Shown here: positions 27,620-37,176 of the stretch, one piece after another | How the letters are laid out: the number at the start of each line of letters is the position of its first letter | How positions within the stretch are numbered: position 1 is the stretch's first letter | Virus record (IMG/VR): IMGVR_UViG_3300044677_000024 | Location: 1 to 43,650 of that record | Strand: one strand, 5' to 3' | Source: a virus | Taxonomy: Duplodnaviria; Caudoviricetes | DNA: 43,650 nucleotides | Program-made: the position numbers and the translations under genes | Notes under the pieces: model-generated | The model's database searches: none | Told to the model about the DNA's origin: nothing | The model's input: only the letters and a program-made list of their open reading frames with translations

Positions 27620-27920
27620 CGTCCTCGTCCGAGTAGGTCCGTGCGGCCGCGAGCTCCGGCCGGCTCGCTTCGAGGACGTACGCGTAGGGCGGCTTCGTGC
27701 CCATCGCACCCGCTGCCTTGCGCGCCGTCTCCTCGCTGGTGACATGCAGCGCGTAGATCGCGCTCGAGCCGTAGTACGCGGTCCGGAACTCGTGCGCGTT
27801 CACCGGGATGTCGACACGCAGCAGATTCGATCCCGCGATCATCTCCTCGGTCAGCCTGCCTGCGGTGCGCTGGTGGCCCATCAACTCGAGGATTCCCCAT
27901 TGGTCAAATTTATCGGCCAT
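27606..27920 (-). CDS. Conserved-looking phage hypothetical protein
   Basis: WGILELMGH..AG..LRVDIP..AIY; AGGAG RBS. Confidence 0.65.
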   Translation of the reverse strand: MADKFDQWGILELMGHQRTAGRLTEEMIAGSNLLRVDIPVNAHEFRTAYYGSSAIYALHVTSEETARKAAGAMGTKPPYAYVLEASRPELAAARTYSDEDDGFV

Positions 27921-27969
27921 CGTCAATCTCCTGCCGGGCCGCATCCGTGCGGCCGTTATTGGTGTGGAT

Positions 27970-28254
27970 TTAGCGCGTGAAGTAGATCACGCCGGCTACC
28001 ACCGGATTGATCGCACCCAGCAACAAACCACCGTTCACCATGAGCCGCGCCAGGGGTGGCATCGGTGCCTCTCCTTTGCGGTATCCCGCGTAAATCTTCC
28101 GGGGGGAGCGATTCAGACGCTTAAGTTGTCCGGCGAGCCACAGACCCGTGGTTATCCAGACAAACGACACCAATTCGATCTTCAGGAAGTCCACGTGATA
28201 CGCGGCCAACGCGACGACCAGTACACAGGCGGTCAGGGCGATATAGGGTTTCAT
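27970..28254 (-). CDS. Small multi-pass membrane protein
   Basis: About three hydrophobic segments; ATGA-coupled to upstream gene. Confidence 0.65.
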   Translation of the reverse strand: MKPYIALTACVLVVALAAYHVDFLKIELVSFVWITTGLWLAGQLKRLNRSPRKIYAGYRKGEAPMPPLARLMVNGGLLLGAINPVVAGVIYFTR

Positions 28255-29318
28255 TTGGGCTCGATCACGGTCATGTCATCCCACTCCACGGTGATCTCAC
28301 AGCCACAGCCCGCTGCTTCGACGAATTGATAGCCTTCGCTATACACGTAATCAGGAATCTCCACGGTTTGCATTTGCTCTTGAATGCCGGACCCCAATTC
28401 CGAAGCCAGCCAATCGCTAAAACCCGGTGAGATTGTATCGAACGCCGCCAACATGTCGTTACCCGTCTCATACCCTGCGGCAAACGAACCGACCAACAAG
28501 AACTTGGTCCACAGTCCCGTCATCAGGAGGGCGCTCTCGGGACTCAAGGCTAAGGCTCCGGTGCGAAAGTCCAGATAGAGCTCATAGATCGTGAAGTCGA
28601 GATTGACACCGGGGATCCCCAGGGACTTGAAACCGGCCTTCGGATTTAGTCCCAACGATTGATAGTGCGCGACGGAGCGCAGTACCAGTGGATGCGCGAC
28701 GTGAGAGGTATAGATCCCCAACACCGTTGGCTTGATACGCGACACGGAAGAGACCACCAACGCCTCTCCAATCGCCGCGGCTAGCCGTTTAGCCGGCGTG
28801 ACCCCGGTCGAGTAAGCAATGGCAGCGGGGGAAATCGTGCAGCCTTTCCTGCCGCAGACCGGTTGCACCGGAATCGCGGTCGTCATCAGGGTACGAACAA
28901 TCGTGTCGCTCAAGGTTTGCAGATTGCCGCCTTCCATGGTGTAGAGCATCGTCATGCGGCCCAATTCGACATCCGACAGATTCTCGAAGGTCTCTCGTTT
29001 AGTGAGCCACGCGGCGGTATAGGTCCAGTTGTAGTTCATGTTGCGCACGTAGTTCGCCTTGATGCTCGGCTTATCCCACCCCGTGGTGGGTACGCCTGCC
29101 GCATTGCTGGCAGCATGCGCGGGCCAGACGTGAATGACGGAAGTTGCTGACAACAACGCGGCGGGCGTCAAGTCCACCTTGCGCGGTAGGTAGGTCGTTT
29201 TGCCGATCACGGTGCAGGCTACGGAAATCCCCGGCGGCGGTTTGCAGGTGAGCGCATTTGCCGCGCGCATCGAGAGGCAGCCCACCAAGCTCAAGACAAC
29301 GACGAATAGAATTTTCAT
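28251..29318 (-). CDS. Secreted hypothetical protein with signal peptide (moron-like)
   Basis: MKILFVVVLSLVGCLSMRAANA signal after AGGAG RBS; in-frame alternative start at 29372. Confidence 0.7.
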   Translation of the reverse strand: MKILFVVVLSLVGCLSMRAANALTCKPPPGISVACTVIGKTTYLPRKVDLTPAALLSATSVIHVWPAHAASNAAGVPTTGWDKPSIKANYVRNMNYNWTYTAAWLTKRETFENLSDVELGRMTMLYTMEGGNLQTLSDTIVRTLMTTAIPVQPVCGRKGCTISPAAIAYSTGVTPAKRLAAAIGEALVVSSVSRIKPTVLGIYTSHVAHPLVLRSVAHYQSLGLNPKAGFKSLGIPGVNLDFTIYELYLDFRTGALALSPESALLMTGLWTKFLLVGSFAAGYETGNDMLAAFDTISPGFSDWLASELGSGIQEQMQTVEIPDYVYSEGYQFVEAAGCGCEITVEWDDMTVIEPK

Positions 29319-29384
29319 CCTCTTCTCCTGTTTGATTGCTTTAAGTTCCGTCTTGGTAAAACGCGTGGTCATTCAGCGCGCTGT

Positions 29385-31124
29385 TCATGAGAAAAGATCC
29401 GCGGAGGCCTGCAGCTCGCCGCGGCCCTCGATAATCCCGAGCCCGCGCAGCTCGGCCATGTAGGTCCGCCAGGTGCCGCCGGCGCGCGCGATGCCGGTGA
29501 TCTGAGACACTCGATCGACGTCGATTGACCCCGGATAGGCCTCAACGACCGCATCGAAGATCGCCCGCTTGCCGCTGTCGCCCAGGCGGTTGCGCCAGTA
29601 CTGGACGAGCTCGTCGCCGGTCGGCAATGGCTCCCAATCACCGAGCGCACCGAGGCCGGCGCCCGTGATCCGCATGTGATCCTTGCCGCCCTCGACCCAG
29701 CCCTTGCCGCGCAGCTCCGCCATGTAGGTGCGCCAGGTCCCGCCCTTGGGCGCGATGTCGACCAGGATCGACAGCTTTCGCTGGTTCATCCCGTCCGGGT
29801 ACTGTGCGAGCGCGGCCAGGATGCGGCGCTTGCCGCCGGCGCCGACTTCGGCGGACGCGTCACCGTTGGGTTTCGCTCCGGTTTTAATGGGGGTTTTAAC
29901 CGGGGTATAAACCCGATTTATGTCCGGCTTATATGGCACTTGTGACCGAGTTACCGGTCGCGGCGCCGCCGCACCGTCGAACTTTGGCGTCGACGTCACC
30001 AGCTTGACGATGTGCTCGACCCTGTCGAGGAACGCTTCATTCTGATCGATGAGGCCGGTCAGATGCGGCCCGGCGAGTTCGGCGCAATCCTTCCAGCCAC
30101 GATCACGGCCCTCGGCGAATCCTATCTGATGCGCCTCGTTGAGCTTCTCCTGTGCGACTGCCGCGACCGCCGTGCTATTCGGCGCTTTGGCCTGGCGCTC
30201 GAGCTCGGCGATTCGCTTCTTGAGCGCCGCCGGATCGTTGGCCTGCGCTTCGGCGACCACCTTCTCGAGCTTGGATTTCACCTGCTCGAGGTCGACGTCC
30301 GCCCAGCCCTTGAGTTTCGCAGCGTGTGCCTCGCGCGGCTTGAACGAGTCGAACGTTTCGAACATCGGGAATTCCATGCGCTTCGGCCCGAAATCGATCT
30401 CGGGCGACCATACCCATGCCTCGGGCCGCTTCATGCCAGCGAGCTCGCTCAACACCTGCTTACCGAGCTCCGGATCCGCACAGCCGTCGATCCAATCCTT
30501 GACGGCGTCTCGATCGGACTTGTGGATAACCCGACAGGCGATGAGCGTCTCGCAGCTCGTCAAAAAGTCGTTGTGCACCTTCTGCGGTCGCTGAGAGGCG
30601 GCAATGAGAATGATGCCTTTCCCCTGGCCCTCACTCGCCAGCCGGTTCGCCCAATGCAGCATTTCGCCGGCCTGCGGACTAAACACCTTGCCCTTGGGAC
30701 AGAAATTGTGGACCTCATCGATGACCAGGTAGCGCTGGCCTTCGGTCATCTTGAAAAACGCTTCGGCAAAATCGATGAAGAACTGAGTGCGCTCGCTGAC
30801 ACGCCAGCCGCCCAGGTCAATGAGCGATGGCCGATTGCCGGTCGCGACGAGATCCGCAATTGCCGCACCGCTTCGCGCATTGATGGGCACGTCCGCAAAT
30901 TTTCCGCCGAAAATCACGACGGGGAATCCATCGCTCTTGCCATCGGCCGAGGATTTCAGGCCCCACCAATCGCCTTTCGGGTCGATGATGCACACCGGCT
31001 GATTGTCGCGAAGGAGCCTCTCGACGAGCAGCCGCATCTTCGACGACTTTCCGGACCGCGTCTTTCCAAGCACGATGACGTGCTGCGCGAGGACGCCGGC
31101 GGGAATCTTGAAGGTCGCGCTCAC
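29385..31124 (-). CDS. HerA/DUF87-like P-loop ATPase with tandem C-terminal winged-helix repeats
   Basis: LGKTRSGKS, IIDPKGDW, LVIDEVH, ASQRP; GGTWRTYMAELRG twice. Confidence 0.85.
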   Translation of the reverse strand: MSATFKIPAGVLAQHVIVLGKTRSGKSSKMRLLVERLLRDNQPVCIIDPKGDWWGLKSSADGKSDGFPVVIFGGKFADVPINARSGAAIADLVATGNRPSLIDLGGWRVSERTQFFIDFAEAFFKMTEGQRYLVIDEVHNFCPKGKVFSPQAGEMLHWANRLASEGQGKGIILIAASQRPQKVHNDFLTSCETLIACRVIHKSDRDAVKDWIDGCADPELGKQVLSELAGMKRPEAWVWSPEIDFGPKRMEFPMFETFDSFKPREAHAAKLKGWADVDLEQVKSKLEKVVAEAQANDPAALKKRIAELERQAKAPNSTAVAAVAQEKLNEAHQIGFAEGRDRGWKDCAELAGPHLTGLIDQNEAFLDRVEHIVKLVTSTPKFDGAAAPRPVTRSQVPYKPDINRVYTPVKTPIKTGAKPNGDASAEVGAGGKRRILAALAQYPDGMNQRKLSILVDIAPKGGTWRTYMAELRGKGWVEGGKDHMRITGAGLGALGDWEPLPTGDELVQYWRNRLGDSGKRAIFDAVVEAYPGSIDVDRVSQITGIARAGGTWRTYMAELRGLGIIEGRGELQASADLFS

Positions 31125-31384
31125 GGCTTCGCATCCCCCGTCATCGTCGCCCTGCTAGCTGGGGCGGCGGACTGGGACCCTTCGAGGATTTTGTTTGCCT
31201 CGATGCGAAACCGCAGCCCGTGCTTTTCATAAAGCTCCAGCAGCCAATGTAGGACGTAGGCTTGCTCGGCCTCGGCCTTCTGCGGGATCGTGTGACCAAG
31301 CCTGACGAGTTGGTGAGCGATTGGGCCGCACCAGAAATTCGGGCGACCCAGAATCCATTGCACCTCGGAGTTGAACGGGATCAC
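31121..31384 (-). CDS. Hypothetical protein
   Basis: ILGRPNFWC..KAEAEQA; coupled ORF. Confidence 0.6.
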   Translation of the reverse strand: MIPFNSEVQWILGRPNFWCGPIAHQLVRLGHTIPQKAEAEQAYVLHWLLELYEKHGLRFRIEANKILEGSQSAAPASRATMTGDAKP

Positions 31385-31602
31385 GGCTCCCCCTCTCCCT
31401 TTGCGTTAGCTGTCCCGCTGGCTGCTGGAGCGCCTGAGTCTCGTACTACAGTCGGATGCCACGTGAAGCGACCGTAATACGACGGCTTGCAATTTTGTTG
31501 TTGGCAAAAAGCGCGTGCTGCTTGCTCCGTCGCATAAACGCTGTCGAATTCTGTTTGCCCATCGATGCGGCAAAGCACGATGAAAACCTTGTATATATTC
31601 AT
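31381..31602 (-). CDS. Hypothetical protein
   Basis: Coupled ORF in early operon. Confidence 0.5.
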   Translation of the reverse strand: MNIYKVFIVLCRIDGQTEFDSVYATEQAARAFCQQQNCKPSYYGRFTWHPTVVRDSGAPAASGTANAKGEGEP

Positions 31603-32279
31603 AGCTGACTCTGCGCAGTCGGCGCGTGCTCACACATACACTGCTTTTCGCCACATTGAGGGCACGGTTTGCAAAAGCATTCCTTGTCGTACTCGATGCC
31701 GCAAATCGAACACCAATTGCTCTGCGGTTCCGCCGCTGTCCTCGCCCCGCTCAGGGCGGCTTGATCGCGAATCGCAGCTTTAAACGCCTTGGCGAAGCCC
31801 GAACCGTGCTCGTGCTTTTCGACCATGGGCAGCGCGGCTTTCATCAGATCCCATAGATTCATGACCTCTGCACCGCGTTCGTCAGACTCATCGCAACGGC
31901 TTTTCAATTGAGCTTCGAGCGTCGCGATGCGGTCATGATTGCCGTCCACGTTCAACGCGGCAGCCCGCCGCGCACCGACAAGATGCCGGTTCGTTGCAGC
32001 CAACTCAGCTTCGAGATCGCGGATGCGGTTCTCTAAATCGTTGTAATGGGGCTGGCGAACGAACGGCGATTTGATTGCATCCGCTTCCGGGTCCGTCATC
32101 CAAAAAACTCGCCCCTTCACGACTTCACCCCCCAGCGCTTCTCGCGCAATCGTCACCACCTCGGTGGAGTACTTGAAGCCGTTGATCAGAAGGGCGAGGG
32201 CAGCTTCGAGCACATCGATTCGCGCGCGAAGCCGCACCACCTCGGCATTGGTGAAGACGCCAGAGTAGGGATGGGCCAT
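31599..32279 (-). CDS. Coiled-coil protein with C-terminal Cys cluster
   Basis: CSIC..CFC.PCPQC..CMC at C-terminus. Confidence 0.55.
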   Translation of the reverse strand: MAHPYSGVFTNAEVVRLRARIDVLEAALALLINGFKYSTEVVTIAREALGGEVVKGRVFWMTDPEADAIKSPFVRQPHYNDLENRIRDLEAELAATNRHLVGARRAAALNVDGNHDRIATLEAQLKSRCDESDERGAEVMNLWDLMKAALPMVEKHEHGSGFAKAFKAAIRDQAALSGARTAAEPQSNWCSICGIEYDKECFCKPCPQCGEKQCMCEHAPTAQSQL

Positions 32280-32666
32280 TTACTTCTCCCCGCTCAGGGC
32301 GGCTTCCCAACGATTCACCCAGGCGCTCGGGTATTCACTGTCCTGTGTCACGTAGGCGAGAACTTCACGCAGCGCCGCTTCGAGGTGAGCGATGCGGGCC
32401 TGATCCGGTGTGACAGCGACGCGTTGGCCGCCGCCGGGGTATTTAAGTTCCATGTAGGCATCGTGCCAGCGGTGGTAATCAGCCGTCATGTCTGCGAGAT
32501 GCTGTTCGAGCGTCGCGATGCGGGCCTCGAATCGGTTAGCCTGCAAATCGGCCAAACGCTCAGTGAGTGCGATTTCCTCTTTCGCGTTGGCAAGTTCTGC
32601 GGCGAGCGCCTCGTACTCAACCTCCGTATGCGCAGGTTTGAGCATGAAGTCGTTGGGGTCTTTCAT
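32280..32666 (-). CDS. Coiled-coil hypothetical protein
   Basis: RIATLE/RIAHLE repeats; coupled. Confidence 0.55.
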   Translation of the reverse strand: MKDPNDFMLKPAHTEVEYEALAAELANAKEEIALTERLADLQANRFEARIATLEQHLADMTADYHRWHDAYMELKYPGGGQRVAVTPDQARIAHLEAALREVLAYVTQDSEYPSAWVNRWEAALSGEK

Positions 32667-32848
32667 CGCGACGCCGGCCTCGGCTCATTCGCCTTCTTGC
32701 GTTCCGCGATCTCTTCACGGTCCACCGCGATGTTGCGCGGGGCCGTGATGCCGAGCCGCACCTGCATGCCCTTGACCGCGATGACTTGAATCTGGATGTC
32801 GGCGCCGATGAAAAGAATTTCTCCGGGCTTGCGGGAGAGGATCAACAT
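32663..32848 (-). CDS. csrA: Carbon storage regulator CsrA/RsmA homolog
   Basis: MLILSRKPGE..IG.DI...QVRLGITAP..I.VDREEI. Confidence 0.93.
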   Translation of the reverse strand: MLILSRKPGEILFIGADIQIQVIAVKGMQVRLGITAPRNIAVDREEIAERKKANEPRPASR

Positions 32849-33090
32849 GTGCGCGGCTCCTTAGAAGGCCCAGTCGGGATCGGCGCCCAGGCCGTGACGC
32901 AATCCGCCAATTCCTCCTCGTTGCTGTACATGGCGCCACCGATCTCGAGCCAGTCCTCACCGTCGAAGTACCCGAGCCACACTGGCTCATCGCTGCCGGG
33001 TGCATGCACGAGGACCGTGGTATCGACGTCGGGCAGCTCGTCGGCAACGGCGATCCACTCGATCTGTTCGATGTCGAGGACGGTGCTCAT
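32842..33090 (-). CDS. DUF551-like protein
   Basis: WIAVADELPD..VLV..VTAWAPIP. Confidence 0.7.
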   Translation of the reverse strand: MSTVLDIEQIEWIAVADELPDVDTTVLVHAPGSDEPVWLGYFDGEDWLEIGGAMYSNEEELADCVTAWAPIPTGPSKEPRTC

Positions 33091-33365
33091 GAATCGTAAC
33101 TTGACCGGTCGGCAAATTCTTTGACGGTCAGTTCCTCGCCGAACGTGTCGCGCGACACTTGCCGAATAACGGATTCAGCGCTGGCCAGGCGCTCGGCAAT
33201 GGCCGACTTCGCGATCTGCGGATCAAACTCCGCGGCGATCGTTGTCGCCATTTCGTTCCATACAGCCTGGTCGTCGAATTCGAGGCGATCCCAGATCTCG
33301 ACGTCGCAGTCCATAACCTCGAGGTTCTTGCGCTCATATAGCGCGTACAGCTGCTCACCGTTCAT
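33087..33365 (-). CDS. Hypothetical protein
   Basis: Coupled ORF with GGAGG RBS. Confidence 0.55.
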   Translation of the reverse strand: MNGEQLYALYERKNLEVMDCDVEIWDRLEFDDQAVWNEMATTIAAEFDPQIAKSAIAERLASAESVIRQVSRDTFGEELTVKEFADRSSYDS

Positions 33366-33604
33366 TGCTGCTTCCTCCGATGCTTGGCCGCATTCGGACA
33401 GGTGGCGAAGTGGGATATATGCTTGCCTTGCGGGTGGCTCTTGGTCTGCAGGTCAAGATTCATGTCGGCCGCCTGGACCGAGGTCGCATCGACCGGATGC
33501 GGGCGTCCGGCTTCGGTTGTAAACCAAACGATCAGTGCGCCGCATGAACTACAGGTCCTGATGGGCCGCCCAGCGATCGTGCGCGTCGTGGTCTCGAAGC
33601 TCAT
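33362..33604 (-). CDS. Zn-binding hypothetical protein
   Basis: CSSCGALIVW..G..PVD..HFATC. Confidence 0.6.
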   Translation of the reverse strand: MSFETTTRTIAGRPIRTCSSCGALIVWFTTEAGRPHPVDATSVQAADMNLDLQTKSHPQGKHISHFATCPNAAKHRRKQQ

Positions 33605-33828
33605 GGCTCGAGCGCCTGGCGAATATCGGCGCAGTCGGGGCATGGGACCACGCGAGTGGTCACAATGCGGTCCTCGCCAAGCGTCACGCAGCCCGTGCCG
33701 CCGCACTCGCTACACTCCTTCGCAATCTCCAAGAGCTTATCTCGCAGCTTGAAGTTGAGCAGCTGCAGCTCGTCACGCTGTCGCTCGAGTTGCACAATGC
33801 GCCCGTTAAGTCTGTTGATGTGGGTCAC
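33601..33828 (-). CDS. Coiled coil plus zinc-finger hypothetical protein
   Basis: CSECGGTG..CPDC. Confidence 0.55.
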   Translation of the reverse strand: MTHINRLNGRIVQLERQRDELQLLNFKLRDKLLEIAKECSECGGTGCVTLGEDRIVTTRVVPCPDCADIRQALEP

Positions 33829-34004
33829 CGCGATTCCCGAAAATCACACGCGCATCGATCGCGGTAGCAGCCGCAGCCGGGACAGACGGCGAGTGGATCG
33901 ACCTTGTTTGCGTGAAGCGCATCGGCCACCGCCTCGATCGCCTCGATGTCGCGCGCGGTGATCGTGCCTTGGGCCTGGACGCGCACCGGCCCGTGCTTCG
34001 TCAT
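33825..34004 (-). CDS. Small Cys-rich hypothetical protein
   Basis: CPGCGC..CAC; start uncertain. Confidence 0.4.
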   Translation of the reverse strand: MTKHGPVRVQAQGTITARDIEAIEAVADALHANKVDPLAVCPGCGCYRDRCACDFRESR

Positions 34005-34173
34005 GACACTCACGCAGCGGCGGTGGGTAACCCGGGTCACGCGCCATCCCATCCAATGGCGAGGCGGCGCCACGGACGCCACTTCCAGTAGTCGCCGCGC
34101 ATGTAGCAAACGCGGATCCAGACGCGGCCCAATTGCGCCTCGTAGCAGGTCGCGCCCTTGAAGGCGACGGCGA

Positions 34174-35286
34174 TCATGAAGCCGATTGCTCCTCGATCCA
34201 GGTCAGTGCCTCCGCGTAGAGTTGCGACGGCAATTCCTCGATACGGCCGATCTCGTATTTCGCGAGGAATAGCGATCCATCGATCCCCTCCTCGGTGAGC
34301 TTGTCGTGAATCACCGTGGCCTGATCCACCTTGATCATTGCAGCGGGTGCGAGCCTCAACTGCGCGGCTTCGGAGGCCTCCTTGAGGCGCTGCTTGTCAG
34401 CTCCTGGGAGCTTCTTCCAGAGGGCACCGCGCCTCGCCTCGAGCGCCGCAAGCTCACCGGCCACCGCTTTCACATAGTCGGCGATGAGCGCGTCCACGTC
34501 CGCGTTGCCCTTGACGCCTCCAGCCGCCCACCGGGCCAGGTCCTCACCGACTTGCTCCGTGAGCTGCGAACTCTCGGGCTTAGCGAACAGCTCCCGAAAT
34601 TGCAGCGGCAGTTTCACCATGGCGCGTTCCGCCGGCATCTCTGGCGTCCAGGTCGGCCGCCCTTCGGATCCCGGCAAGAGCAGCGCCTGCAGCACCATCT
34701 CGTACATGAACTCATCGCCGCAGATCGGCTGCCATCCGAGCTGTTCCGGATCCTTGCCCGGGCGCACCTTGATCTTCTCCTTGGCGCGATAGGTCATGAG
34801 CAGGTTCACATTGAGCTGCAGCATCTCGTTGATGAGCCGCCGGCGCGCTTGCTTTGGCGGGTTCCACGCCGCCATCTGCGCCTTCTCCTTGGACACCTTC
34901 CACAGCGCCGCCAGCCGTTCGGTCTCGCGCTCGTGCCATTCGAGCACGCCGCCCGGGCCTTCGTGCTCGTGGCTCATCGAATCGATGACGATGGTCTTCG
35001 CCCCGCGCCGCGCGCAAAAGCGGATTGCCTCGAGATAATCGTCCGGCGAAAAGGGCGCTGCGAAGCGCATGTGGTTGAACTTGAATTTATCCGCGTAGTA
35101 GAGCGCGCGACCATTCTCGGTATCGATGAAGTCGATATCGCCGCCGACGATCCGCTGGATGCCGGTTGCGATGCGCAGAGCGGAGAACGTCTTGCCGCTC
35201 GAGGACGGACCAACCAGCCCGATCAGTAGGCCAACGGTCTTGCGGACCGCGGGCGCGATTTCAAATTGTCGCGGTTGTGCGCTCAT
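34174..35286 (-). CDS. AAA_24 / Sak4-like P-loop ATPase (recombination)
   Basis: GPSSSGKT, IDTENG, IVIDSMSHE; coupled to exonuclease gene. Confidence 0.8.
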   Translation of the reverse strand: MSAQPRQFEIAPAVRKTVGLLIGLVGPSSSGKTFSALRIATGIQRIVGGDIDFIDTENGRALYYADKFKFNHMRFAAPFSPDDYLEAIRFCARRGAKTIVIDSMSHEHEGPGGVLEWHERETERLAALWKVSKEKAQMAAWNPPKQARRRLINEMLQLNVNLLMTYRAKEKIKVRPGKDPEQLGWQPICGDEFMYEMVLQALLLPGSEGRPTWTPEMPAERAMVKLPLQFRELFAKPESSQLTEQVGEDLARWAAGGVKGNADVDALIADYVKAVAGELAALEARRGALWKKLPGADKQRLKEASEAAQLRLAPAAMIKVDQATVIHDKLTEEGIDGSLFLAKYEIGRIEELPSQLYAEALTWIEEQSAS

Positions 35287-36146
35287 GCTGCTTCATCTCC
35301 TAGTTCTTGCGATATGACCCATTGCGGCGGAATCAATGTGATCGCGCCGTCGGCGTATCCCGGCCACGGAAAACTACCTTCCGTCAAAAGTTTGTCCCAC
35401 AGGGCGAGCGCGCGATTCCAGCGACGCTGACCGATCTCCTCGTGATGCCCATCGAGCCGCGCGGCGACAACTTCGTAGGGCGGCTCGATCTCGCAGAACA
35501 GGAAAACGAAATCGCTGCGCGCCAGCGCTTCCGGGACGAGCTGCTCATAGGCGCGGGTATACGCCACCTTTTGCATGTCGTACCCGTATTCGACGATGCA
35601 GCGGGCAATGTCTTTCGGGTTGGCTGATCGGACCTTCTTGACGTCGTAGATGACATGATCCGCGCGGACCTGGTCCATGCGACAGCGACAGAGAACCTCC
35701 CGGTCGCGCTTCCACTGATCGGTATAGTCGGTGAACTCAATAGCGAGCTCCGAACGGCCGCCGAACGGAAACCCCTGGTCCGCGGCGTTTTTGTAGATTC
35801 GCTCAGCCGCCTTCATCAGCTTCTCGAAATTATGCCCAAGGATCGGGATCTTGCCGCCGGCGACAATGACGTCCCTGGCTTCCTTCGCCGCCTTCGTGCG
35901 CCAGTCATCCGCTACGACCATCTCGAACTCGGCGCCGGCGCCCAGGAGCAACTTATGCAGGATCGCGCCCTCGTCCATGGCCTTCGTGCTGGTGCGCTCC
36001 TTGCCACCCAAGCGCGGATGTTCGAGCCACGCGTGGCGCGGCGATTGCGTGATGAGCGTATGGGCGATCGACTGCGAGAGCGACGGCGAGGCGCAGGGGT
36101 CCGCGTGATACGCCGCTTCGCTAACGTCCAAGATGCGCGCTGCCAT
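35283..36146 (-). CDS. PD-(D/E)XK exonuclease (RecE C-terminal / DUF3799-like)
   Basis: YHAD..LSQS, G..LH..LL, RCRMD..YDVK, YGYDMQ..Y. Confidence 0.85.
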   Translation of the reverse strand: MAARILDVSEAAYHADPCASPSLSQSIAHTLITQSPRHAWLEHPRLGGKERTSTKAMDEGAILHKLLLGAGAEFEMVVADDWRTKAAKEARDVIVAGGKIPILGHNFEKLMKAAERIYKNAADQGFPFGGRSELAIEFTDYTDQWKRDREVLCRCRMDQVRADHVIYDVKKVRSANPKDIARCIVEYGYDMQKVAYTRAYEQLVPEALARSDFVFLFCEIEPPYEVVAARLDGHHEEIGQRRWNRALALWDKLLTEGSFPWPGYADGAITLIPPQWVISQELGDEAA

Positions 36147-36159
36147 CGGATCTCCTGGT

Positions 36160-36357
36160 TTAGTCGGCTTGGCGGCGCAGAAACGCCGGCGTGGTGAAGT
36201 CGTAGACGCTCAACGGCAGCTCGCGCTTCGCGTGCTCGATGGTGAAAACGTTGGGCGTGACCGTGCTCGAGAGCGTCAAGCCCGTGTGCACGAGAGCGCG
36301 CTCGATGTCCTGGGCGGTGACGCCATTGCCCAACATGATGGCAATGCGCTGGGTCAC
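36160..36357 (-). CDS. Hypothetical protein
   Basis: GTG start coupled to upstream stop; ends PAFLRRQAD. Confidence 0.5.
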   Translation of the reverse strand: MTQRIAIMLGNGVTAQDIERALVHTGLTLSSTVTPNVFTIEHAKRELPLSVYDFTTPAFLRRQAD

Positions 36358-36503
36358 AGGCGCTTGTCCTTGCCCTGATCGAATGCGCGTGAGCCAAATT
36401 CTCGCGGAATGGTCAGGTCGCGCTTTTCGCGCCAGGCCGCGTACTTGCGGCAGCCAAACGCACCGAGCAGCGCGAGCACCGCCAGCACGAGACAGACCGT
36501 CAT
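36354..36503 (-). CDS. Small N-terminally hydrophobic protein (49 aa)
   Basis: Read by hand, MTVCLVLAVLALLGAFGCRKY; coupled on both sides. Confidence 0.45.
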   Translation of the reverse strand: MTVCLVLAVLALLGAFGCRKYAAWREKRDLTIPREFGSRAFDQGKDKRL

Positions 36504-36799
36504 AGGTCACGCTCGAGCAGTTGCTTCGCGGTTCCGATGATCCTGCCGTACTCGAGCGCGGCTTCGGCCGGGAAGTCTTTCTGCTTCATGACGTCGCGGA
36601 ATAGCGCATGCAACGCGTTGGCCGTCTGGAATAGCGAGGCCCTAAGTTCGGGCGCGGCGGCCAAGAGCGGTCCCCAGGACTCGGCGCCGATCGCGAGGTA
36701 GGCGATGGTGCGCTTGCCATCCTTGAGGGCGTCTCGCGTCTCGGTCTCGACCACGCGCAAACTGCATTCGGGAGGTGCAAATTTGACGGCGACGGTCAT
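36500..36799 (-). CDS. Hypothetical protein
   Basis: LLAAAPEL motif; ATGA-coupled. Confidence 0.55.
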   Translation of the reverse strand: MTVAVKFAPPECSLRVVETETRDALKDGKRTIAYLAIGAESWGPLLAAAPELRASLFQTANALHALFRDVMKQKDFPAEAALEYGRIIGTAKQLLERDL

Positions 36800-37176
36800 A
36801 GACCCGCCTTGGCGAGCGCGTTGCGGATCTCGTTCGAGATGACGAGGCAAGTCGCGGCCATCACGTCTCGATTGAGGAGCGCGTTGGCCTTTTCCATGTC
36901 GTCGAGGCAGAGCGCGGCCTTTTGCAACGCTTCGGCCATGTCCGGCGCGGCGTGGATGAGGCGGGCATCGGCCTGCGATATGAATGCGGTAACGCGGAAA
37001 CCAGTGAACCCATTGTCGGGATCGTGGTGCCCTTGCCCCGCCTCGATAACGTGATAGGTATCGCCCAGGACATGCGCGTTGCTGCGATCGTCCAGGCGCC
37101 ACGGACCGGGCGTGTGCATGGGTTGCTTATGGTCCATCAGCAGCCGGTCGGCCTGGTCGATGAGAGAGCGGCTCAT
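36796..37176 (-). CDS. Phage hypothetical protein of HTPGPW...ARLI.AAP type
   Basis: HTPGPW and DARLIHAAPDM motifs. Confidence 0.65.
   Translation of the reverse strand: MSRSLIDQADRLLMDHKQPMHTPGPWRLDDRSNAHVLGDTYHVIEAGQGHHDPDNGFTGFRVTAFISQADARLIHAAPDMAEALQKAALCLDDMEKANALLNRDVMAATCLVISNEIRNALAKAGL

Noticed and set aside
27937-27954. Terminator after the moron-like pair (GGCCGCA-TCCG-TGCGGCC hairpin)
   Set aside because: No U tract follows in the transcribed (minus) direction; role unclear
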